Shown here: positions 56,201-64,000 of the stretch, one piece after another
How the letters are laid out: each line of letters begins with the position of its first letter
How positions within the stretch are numbered: position 1 is the stretch's first letter
Source of the DNA: Antedon mediterranea
Lineage: Eukaryota; Animalia; Echinodermata
Length of the DNA stretch: 64,000 nucleotides
Direction: 5' to 3'
Assembly: GCF_964355755.1 (NCBI RefSeq)
Contig: NC_092680.1
Location: 18,423,045-18,487,044, forward strand
Made by a program: the position numbers and the translations under genes
The notes under the pieces: generated by a model
Told to the model about the DNA's origin: nothing
Databases searched by the model: none
What the model saw: only the letters and a program-made list of their open reading frames with translations

Positions 56201-59200
56201 TTTTTAGTTTTATTCCAAAATTGTTTACAGTATATCTACATGTACCAAGCTATCTTCTACACAATACTATCTACACCCTCTATTCACCAGCCTTATGCCT
56301 CTTTTGTTTTATTTCTTTTATTCCTGTCCTCTCAGGCAGCGCTTGTATCTATCTGCAGTATCTTCACTTGCACTTTCGATTTATAACACATCGGGCATAG
56401 AAAATTTATTCTAAACCGCCCGGTACTATACTGAAATTTAATTAATTAATATGATAAAGATGAGGAAATCTGTGAGAATGAGAAAAAGTCGCCCCAACCG
56501 AGACTCGAATCCGGAACCTTCTGCTTGATATGCAGATGTCCTAACCATTAGACTACAGGGGCTTTCATGGTATTGTTCAAACTTGATTGGATAGCGACTC
56601 TTTAACATTCTCGGTGTGGTACGGCGGAACAGCACTAGTCCATCAAATGTACGCACGAGCACCAGAGATCAAATTGATATGCCCTCATCTATATATACTG
56701 TATATATATATCACTTGCACTGATGAAGGGCTAGTGTTGCCCGAAAGCTCTGTTAACTTTTCTGGCTGTTTTACTTTATCATTTTGATTTAGCTTTTCGC
56801 TTTTTTTTCCATTGTGACACAGCATTGTCATTTTTTCAGTATTTTGCCTTTGGATTTATATATACTGTATGTATATATAAACACATCAGGCAAAGAACAA
56901 TATTATAGATGTGTTCCCTATACAGTATATCCAATGGTGCTGATGATTAAAATACTAAGTACTAAGTAAATAAGTATGTTTGTACAGAAATATAAATTCT
57001 CTTTCTATTGTTACATTAATTTAAAAATGTTTTATTTTCAGGATATATTTATAGATTGTGGATTTGATGACAATAAATTAGAATGCGATATTGGCAACCC
57101 ACTGCCAGCTAAGAGGAAGGTATGTTTGTACAGTGCTTAATTACTTATTTTAATTTCTTGTCTTAAAGATGTAATAATGGTAGCATAATGATATCACCCT
57201 AATGGAATACTATTATTATTGGCCTATTTGATTTTTATTTCAGATAAGCATGGTTCTGTATTTGTCTGTTGATGACTTGAATGGTGATGACGACATGCTT
57301 TCTTTAATACTGACTGTTGAAAGGTAAACGAACCATACCATAAAAAAATACTTTGCAATTATATAAAATGGAAGTTTAACATTTGATTCTTGCATGATAA
57401 TGGAATGAGATAATATGGCTTAGCTAGGATGACCATGTGTGAGATCATACTCCCGGTATGAATAACTGTCACTGCTTCCTTTTGCTTGAACCCTTGCCAT
57501 CAGCGCAACCTCGTTGGCCTAGATGTATGAATGCCAGACTAAAGCTGAGTCCCACCAGAAAAGTATTCTGATGTACTTAGAGAAAGGCAATTAATTCAGA
57601 GTAGGGCGAACAAATTAAAATGTTATTGACTCAAAACTAAACTACTTAACATTATGAAAATTTACTGTCTGTAATCTGTAATTGTAAAAAAGTTTAGGTT
57701 TTAAACTTTTTTAAGATTGATTATGTTATGGTGTTATGTTAATTTGTGTCTTGTGCTTATGCCAAAACCGGTATAAATTCTCATGGATTTTGCAAAATAA
57801 CTAACTTCATTTTTCTATTTTTTCCCATAACAGCCAGAATACAGAAAATCAGACCACCAGAAACGACAATAATGCACAGATTGATGTAAAGGTAAAAGTT
57901 GCTGCTACGATTGAGTTAAAGGGGTAAGTAGCAGCTAAGTAGGCTCCTTAAACGACTGCAGTGAACTTGCCTTATATTTCTGGACATTGGTCGCATCACT
58001 GACCCTACCTTTACCTTGTTTTAAGGTATTTTTAGGCCAAAATTATTGGACCTGCTTTATTTAAGCCATGCCTTCACTAACCGTTAAGCTAGGTATTTTA
58101 TCGCTGTATTTCAAATCCCAAATATCTAACATCTAACACGCACAATTTTTAATTGATTCCTTTAGCATCTCTGTCCCAGAACAAGTTACATTTTCTGAAG
58201 ATCCACCAAAAGATGAGTCAAAAATTATAAGAGAAGAAGACATTGGACCTCTTCTTGTTCATACATATGAAGTAAGTTAATAAATGAATGCAGAGTGGTG
58301 GACATGTCCCTCATGTGATGTGCCCATATATGGACATGATGATGTCATATCACTACCATATTTGGGTATATCACTAACATATCTGGGCACATCACTTCGG
58401 GCCTGCCTCACTTCGGGCCTGCCTCACTTCGGGCCTGCCTCACTTCGGGCCTGCCTCACTTCGGGACTGCCTCACTTCGGGACTGCCTCACTTCGGGACT
58501 GCCTCACTTCGGGACTGCCTCACTTCGGGACTGCCTCACTTCGGGACTGCCTCACTTCGGGACTGCCTCACTTAAGGACTGCCTCACTTAAGGACTGCCT
58601 CACTTAAGGACTGCCTCACTTAAGGACTGCCACTTAAGGACTGCCTCACTTAAGGACTGCCTCATTTCTTAGAGTTTTGTTATATTATTATATGGCCTAA
58701 TGTAAATACAGATAAATTTGATACTATTTGCTTCACATCATGATTAATTAAACCTGTAGCTGTACTATTTTAGAAGTTTAAAAATAAAATGTTTTTGTTG
58801 ATAGGTGTTAAATCATGGACCAAGTAGAGTAGGAGTGACAGAAGTTGAAATCCAATGGCCGATGAAAACAACATCTGGAGAATATCTATTTTATCTAACA
58901 GAAGTGACAACAAACATGGGTCATATCTGTAGCGTGGCAGGTGGAGTTGATCCTGAGAATTTAACAGCATCAGTAAGTCGACAATAATTTCGAAAAATTC
59001 ATACATCCTTGTTGGACCAATGTTACTATTAATATCAGTATTGGATTGTGTAAATTACGTATATGTATTAGTATATCTGTCTGTATTGTATTGTCATATT
59101 TTATGTTTTATGCATTGTGTTATTTGGTACATTAGGTAAATTGTGTCTCCTTTTTAAATCCAATTACAACAACATTTATATTGTTAAAGAAAAGGAATTG

Positions 59201-60835
59201 TAAATTTATGGTGTTTTTTTTTTGCAGATACCAATACTTAATGTGCATGAGGAGGTATCCAATAGACTCACAAGAGACGTTGCATTGGAAGTAGCAGAGC
59301 CAATCGTTTCACCCAGTGTCATACCGTTATCTGAATGTTCAGAAGGCTCAAGTTGTGTGAATATCACATGCAGGACCAACACGATCATTGGAACTGGAAG
59401 TCTTGTTATATCATTAAATTCTAGGCTATGGCTAAACACGATTTTAAAGGTAAGAATATTATGGGGAAATAAAAATAAGCACTGTGTACATGTGGAGTCA
59501 TGGAAAGAGACTTCAACAAATATGTTGAAATGTTCTTCATTATTCAAAATCGGTATATTTTATCATTATATGTAAATTAAATACTGTAGTGAATAGGAAA
59601 AACATATGTATTTCCATGGTGGTTCTGCGACCTGGTATATTTGGGCTGTTTACATATAATTCTGTATTCTCTGTGAATGAATGCCTTAATGTCACATGTT
59701 TGCACTTTTGTAAACAGAAGTAATATGATATAAATAATTGTTATTTGTTCCAAAGGATTACCTCATTGTTTCTCAAACTGTTTTGTTTTTTTATTTGACA
59801 GAATAATATCAAAGAATCATTCGCAACATCATCTGCTTTTGCACGTGTTCTTAGCATGCCATATGCAATAGCCCCGGATGTTGTTAGACAAAGTTCACAA
59901 CAGGTAGTACACAACATTCAGAGGGGTAACCTAAATTTAGAAAAAGATGGATATATATATATATACTTCATTTTACAATTTTTAAGCCAAACTCTACACT
60001 ATCAAACTAGTTTGACAAATAAGTGTGATGTGCCCAAATATAGTAGTGATATGCTTAAATATGGTAGTGATATGCTTAAATATGGTATGACATGACATCA
60101 TCATGTCCAAATATGGGCACATCACATTTTTAATTGTCACATAAAGTTTGATAGTGCTTTACATTTACATATGTTAATGGATATGGAAAAAACGTTAATT
60201 GTATTGTATGTATGTTTGGCTAAGACCTAGCTAATTTATGATTTAATGTTGCCTTTTTATTTTTCAGATAACTACAGATATAAATCCAGTCATTCCCACA
60301 ACAGATAGTGGTACTGTTGAAATATGGATAATAATATTAGCTATCATTGGTGGCTTATTACTACTGCTACTGATTGCGGCTATTCTCTATAAAGTATGTA
60401 TATATGGATGAAATCAAATGTATGGGTAAACTTGGTTCCCACTAGGACGCAATGCAAGGGCGTAAGCACAACGTAAACAAGTTAACCTATCATAAGCGAC
60501 AGTTCAGATAATCCATCACTTGTGATTGGTCGAATTTCTAATTTTGCACATACGTTGTTGCGTTGCGTCCTAGTGAGAATCAAGCATTAGGAGGACAGAG
60601 CATTTACGGCAAAAAAGAGGAGAGTATATTGAACGAAGAAGATGAATTACTTGGGAACAGAATTAATTAGAATTATGTGTCATGCAAACAGATATATATT
60701 CACATAGTTATTTTGTTGTTGTTTTAGGTCGGCTTCTTTAAAAGGAAAACGATACCAAACGAAAATGAAACAGATGGAGAGGCAGGTGACGGTGGTGATG
60801 ACAGCGATGATGGATGCAAGAACGGTGCCTTTTAA
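41289..60835 (+). CDS. ITGA: Integrin alpha chain without I-domain, 29 exons, about 1044 aa
   Basis: Exons: 41289-41473, 44692-44819, 44904-45034, 45332-45458, 46183-46250, 46616-46667, 47632-47718, 47921-48003, 48342-48454, 48886-48976, 49828-49930, 50747-50847, 51638-51728, 52172-52217, 52483-52587, 52846-52901, 53277-53425, 53796-53918, 54290-54354, 55112-55262, 57042-57119, 57244-57323, 57834-57923, 58166-58271, 58805-58972, 59228-59449, 59802-59903, 60268-60393, 60728-60835. Total 3135 nt, open and phase-consistent. Signal peptide then FNLD; FG-GAP repeats; Ca loops DINGDGLDD, DINADGYKD, DVDDNGYPD; RSRPV; genu CENNVCIPDL; CDIGNP; TM IWIIILAIIGGLLLLLLIAAILYK; GFFKR; acidic tail. Paralog not assignable by eye. 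Confidence 0.95.
42914..43255. repeat. 85-bp tandem repeat, about 4 copies, in integrin intron 1
   Basis: accacgtgtatttatcgtgcgagccgaactattgttgtggaaattccatttaatgtacacgcactgtacccctcttgtaaaaatc. Confidence 0.95.
43700..43767. repeat. 11-bp tandem repeat (gacgataacct) x6
   Basis: Read directly; flanked by inverted gcccacagt/actgtgggc. Confidence 0.9.
45587..45925. mobile_element. Foldback-type MITE with about 85-bp imperfect inverted arms
   Basis: acgatcgatgataaat...gcatttttcatacataaaacaaaag...ttctagaactatag is mirrored by ctatagttatagaacg...cttttgttttatgttttaaaaatgc...atttatcgtcgatcgt. Confidence 0.7.
48465..48665 (+). mobile_element. tRNA-derived SINE family 1
   Basis: Same head and body; begins about 10 nt after an integrin donor site. 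Partial copies at about 9190-9260 and 51362-51490. Confidence 0.8.
50303..50579. mobile_element. MITE family A copy with internal 21-bp tandem expansion
   Basis: TIRs, TTA TSD, about 8 units of atatggtagagatatgtccat. Confidence 0.9.
51090..51370 (+). mobile_element. Non-LTR retrotransposon ORF2 fragment (RT thumb region, CR1/L2-group-like)
   Basis: WNLTVNTT/KTKIIIFSRG...IEIVDDYIYLGTTF...QAKRAMYSM...ELFDQLV, with a frameshift near the start. Confidence 0.75.
53128..53250. repeat. Degenerate tandem repeat of about 27-31 bp, 4 copies
   Basis: tagtggagttgatttgtcaatttgtat. Confidence 0.75.
53445..53680 (+). mobile_element. SINE with Deu/Nin-domain-like central region
   Basis: gaataaggactataaaccataggtcc...ctttaaagaacctagtac...tcgagacgagtag...ggggttacaccggtg resembles the DeuSINE/Nin domain. 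Second copy at 13110-13250, fragment at 53945-54015. Confidence 0.6.
54520..54975. repeat. Tandem repeat, about 61-64-bp unit, about 7 copies
   Basis: gtatcccattaatagaggtgacttctgaatagcaattgtctagttttaaaacatacattat. Confidence 0.9.
56490..56562 (-). tRNA. tRNA-like gene or tRNA pseudogene (ATC in anticodon position) within the Penelope-like repeat
   Basis: Minus strand GCCCCTG TA GTCT AATGGTTA GGAC A TCTGC ATATCAA GCAGA AGGTT CCGGA TTCGAGT CTCGG TTGGGGC G ac TTTTT. It forms a cloverleaf with A and B boxes and a Pol III terminator. Mismatches in the acceptor and T stems and A at position 32 argue against a decoding tRNA. Confidence 0.55.
56715..56755 (+). ncRNA. Minimal type I hammerhead ribozyme motif
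   Basis: gca CTGATGA a GGGC tagtgtt GCCC GAAA GCTC tgt: complete core, 4-bp stem II, palindromic AGCT stem III, predicted cleavage after CUC (56750), short stem I. Confidence 0.7.
58393..58662. repeat. 16-bp minisatellite x17
   Basis: cacttcgggcctgcct x4, cacttcgggactgcct x7, cacttaaggactgcct x6. Confidence 0.95.
60429..60586. mobile_element. MITE family B (TIR GCTTGGTTCCCACTAGGACGCAA)
   Basis: Inverted ends cttggttcccactaggacgcaa / ttgcgtcctagtgagaatcaag. Related copies at 1501-1637, 6300-6416 (partial), 14143-14170, 21543-21815 and about 33130-33215. Confidence 0.75.
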
Positions 60836-61419
60836 TGTCTCTTCCTCTCCACTTTTCAACAACTGATTTAAAAGAAATTTTATTCACAAATATTTTGCGA
60901 GTTACTGCTGGTGTTTGTTGTAAAAAGAGGGCCATTAAAGCGATAGTAAGAATGCTATCACGCAATGCTGTTTATAAAAACATGCAATGATTGCCTTGTC
61001 GCCATTGCACTGTGCAATTAAATAGGCCCTATTGAAAAAGAAAAAAGGAGGTGTACTTTGATCAAGTAAAAGGGCATGTTTACTGATGATGGATAGGGCT
61101 AAAGTGCACAGAAATGATTTTTATATTATATAGTAAAATTTCACTTATCCATATGAATCGGAAATGTGCCTGCACAAAAACACATTTTACATTCTGCATT
61201 ACTTCTATGAGGAGTGTTGGGGGTGGGGCGTTGGCGGTGTTGTGGAGAGAGAGCCTCTGCATATGCTACCGCGATAATCACCAAACCTGGACGAATTGGA
61301 GAATACAGATAACATCGTCGTAGTTGTAATTTAGCGAAAATGTAGAATCCATCAATTTTTATTATTTTATAAAAAAGCCAGTTATTTATGTGAATTAGTA
61401 ACCTGCAGTAATTCCTGTT

Positions 61420-61585
61420 CAGGGCCGTAGCCAGCATAAGGCAGATAAGGAGCTTGCCTCATTTGAAATTGTCAAGTTTCACTACCCACCTCAATTCCCC
61501 AGCAGAGATCGTCATATTTTATACTTAATAATTAAATTTAAAGCATCTTTGCCTTGTCTGTTTTTAACCCCACACTACGGCCTTG
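61420..61585. mobile_element. hAT-like MITE in putative integrin 3' UTR
   Basis: cagggccgtag ... ctacggccttg TIR; TSD not clean. Confidence 0.5.
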
Positions 61586-62666
61586 CTGTTTACATGTTTG
61601 TTGTTGTTTATGAATAATATTAATGTGATTTACAGTATAGAGTTTTAATTAAGGACACCATAGCATTCTATTTTCTTCCAAAACTACCAAAAAAGAAGTA
61701 ATTTATTAACAGTGTAACATTCCGGCAGCATAGCCTATTGAATATCATTTCCAATGTTATGTTATGTTAATTCCCTTATAGTCCGTCCTTTTCATGTACA
61801 GTATAATATTTGTCAAATGTTTCTTACATTTCATTCTATGTAAAATTTGTAGTTTATTAATTGTTATTATTAATTGTAAAAAGGATGTTTTGTTTTAATG
61901 CACAATTTGCTAAAAATAAGTATTTAAGAACAAAAATCTAAATTAACATAGATTAGTAAGTGTGTATGTGACTTATCAAGAGAACCACTAATGGTGGTTA
62001 TTTGATGTTATATAACACCTAAATAAATTCCTGTCATTTGATTGGATGATTGTGGGTAACATGGCGTGCAATAGTACGCACTATTTGTATAATAATGACT
62101 GTTATCAAAGGCCGATGAAAACTTGTTGCACACATTATTAAATGCTGATAATACAGAGGCCTAATGATAACTTTGATACACTAAAATAAGTACAGGCAAA
62201 TACAAGCAAGGATTGAGAGCAGTCTAGCAACATTACTTATAAAAACAAACTACAGTACAATTCATTTCCTGTTTTTTTTTTATTACAATATCTACATATT
62301 TCTAGTCATTTGAAAATTTGGAACTTTACTGTTTTCATATTTAACAGAATTTTGTTAATATTTAATATTTTATATCCAAATGATTTTCTGTTGAGGACAG
62401 CAATTTTACAATCAACCATTCCAAGTACTCAAAGAAATTCTATACTCAATTTGCATGAGTGTGTATTTGGTTCATCCCTTTCCTACCTTCTTGGTCCTTT
62501 TATTGGAAGTGGTCAATGGTCGAACCCAGATTTGTTAAACGGTTTATCTCAACAGAGTTCATACATAAGCCAAAAAAAATCAGACATTTATCTCATCTGC
62601 TTCCTGATGTGATCAATTTCTTATTGAGAGATATCTGAGCATCAATCTGCCATTTTACCATTTAAC

Positions 62667-63839
62667 TCAATTCATAGGAGATGGAGTATTCCTCTGGCTT
62701 GTCTCTCCCTCTCTTTCCCGTTTGTGTTTATGCTTGTGTTTATTTTTCTTCTTTTTCTTTTTATGTAAAGCGTCTTTAGAAGCTGAATGGGCGAGTTCTG
62801 GTTTTAGCTCTCGGTCTGTAAGAGCTGGAAATGATACCCTTTCTGAATCACCTGTGTAGAAAAAATAATCACTATTTAATATACTGCTTGGTGACTTCAA
62901 TACCTGTGGAGTACACTTGGATAGTTTTGCATTTGTGCCTTCCATACCTGTGCACTTGGATAGTTTTGCCTTTGTGCCTTCCATACCTGTGGAGTGCACT
63001 TAGATAGTTTTGCCTTTGTGCCTTCCATACCCATGGAGTACACTTGGGTAGTTTTGCATTTGTGCATTCCATACCCGTGGAGTACACTTGGGTAGTTTTG
63101 CCTTTGTGCCTTCCATACCCATGGAATACACTTGGATAGTTCTTTATATATTGGAAGACCTCTAAATCCCCCTCTCCCTTCCCCAGAACACAGCATTGTA
63201 AATAAAATTACTTTATGTGCCTACAACTAATGACCATTTAATTAATCCTTGCACTCTTACCTATAACTGGTGATAGGTCTAAATCCTGTTTAATGGAACC
63301 ACCTGGAGTTGGTGGAGAAACAATATCCGATATGTTACAGCCAGGTGTTGGAGGACGAACTTCATCATCGTGTTCATCCATATCATCATGGTGACTAAGT
63401 ATATCAATGTGCAAATGTTCTTGCTTCATCTGTTTAGAGGGAACATCCTAAAAGAAACACATAATAGTATTTTATTCTTTTATTTTCAATGAAATAAACT
63501 GAGATGTTACACAGGGGGCATGGACCGAATCATTAGTCTATGACCCATATCATCCCAGACTACGCACATATACAGAACATTAAATTTAAGAACTATAAAA
63601 CTATTTACAGTAAAGTAAAGGCGAGTCCCGTATTCATTTTGAACAGGGTAATGAGCTGTTAGGAACTCATTGTACTAAGCCTTGGCATTGCAGCAAATTG
63701 GGATAAAATGTACCTTCATTTCGGCAGAGCTTCCGCTGGATGACGATTCCTTCCTGAATGATGGCTCTTTCTTGAAAGCAGGTGAATGGCTGTCAGACTT
63801 CCTTTTGCGTGTATCACTGGACACAGAGTCTACATGCTC
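62667..63839 (-). CDS. TAF2: 3' end (last three coding exons) of probable TFIID subunit 2
   Basis: Exons 63839-63714, 63447-63261, 62851-62667 (TGA), phase-consistent. The C-terminus HKKKKKKNKHKHKHKRERE...PSPMN* resembles the HKKKKKKHKHKHKHK tail of metazoan TAF2. Identity rests on this low-complexity motif only. Confidence 0.7.
62895..63141. repeat. About 44-bp tandem repeat, 5-6 copies, in the last intron of the TAF2-like gene
   Basis: gtacacttggatagttttgcctttgtgccttccatacctgtgga. Confidence 0.9.
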
Positions 63840-64000
63840 CTGAAAAACATTTAAACTGCTATTAAACATTTACTTACAGGAAGGGAGGTGGTATTTATAT
63901 TTATTAACTCAAAAATCCTATAACATTTCTGTTTTGTGTATTTTCTTTACTGCATAAAAACAATTTAAGCTTGCTTTTTTTAAAACAAACTTTCTAAAAT

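Larger units (their letters stand above)
56036..56900 (+). mobile_element. Penelope-like retroelement relic (GIY-YIG C-terminus plus partially duplicated pLTR)
   Basis: 56039-56143 reads WSDKTRKDKENHWELLLKTTKPFVINFRNILPDR*, the E..W...L.T..P.G(L/I)N end of PLE GIY-YIG endonucleases. 56364-56404 is an internally deleted copy of 56711-56899 (shared tcacttgcact, gatttata, aacacatc.ggca.agaa). A hammerhead core is present. Confidence 0.7.

Noticed and set aside
56490-56562. Functional tRNA-Asp(ATC) gene
   Set aside because: Acceptor and T-stem mismatches, purine at position 32 and a non-standard Asp anticodon. Kept only as a tRNA-like module.
58284-58607. 107-aa ORF with TSGLPHFG repeats
   Set aside because: Read-through of a MITE fragment and a 16-bp minisatellite in an integrin intron.
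62872-63196. Overlapping minus-strand ORFs with CTGMEGTKAKLSK-type repeats
   Set aside because: They come from the 44-bp intronic tandem repeat; the real exon starts at the acceptor at 62851.

Overview
AT-rich eukaryotic genomic DNA with GT-AG introns, probably from an invertebrate deuterostome (inferred from Deu/Nin-domain-like SINEs; not proven). I assembled four protein-coding genes by hand from splice sites and reading-frame phase. (1) A 5'-truncated Rho-associated kinase (ROCK) on +, 276-29771, with 33 exons including candidate 6-, 21-, 22- and 24-nt microexons and candidate alternative C-terminal exons. (2) A TMEM74/neurensin-family gene on -, 36144-36581, with one coding exon. (3) A complete 29-exon integrin alpha without I-domain on +, 41289-60835, about 1044 aa. 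(4) The last three exons of a probable TAF2 on -, 62667-63839. Introns are full of MITEs (PIF/Harbinger-, Kolobok- and hAT-like), SINEs, LINE and Penelope fragments, and minisatellites. Most notable: a Penelope-like relic whose repeat carries a minimal hammerhead ribozyme and an antisense full-length tRNA-like gene; a second hammerhead in a ROCK intron; a microexon cluster that may build a DxxD site behind the ROCK kinase domain; a one-heptad coiled-coil microexon; and a MITE family enriched just downstream of 5' splice sites. All homology calls rest on motif recognition from memory, not database searches. Most ORFs in the supplied track are spurious or are exon read-through into introns.
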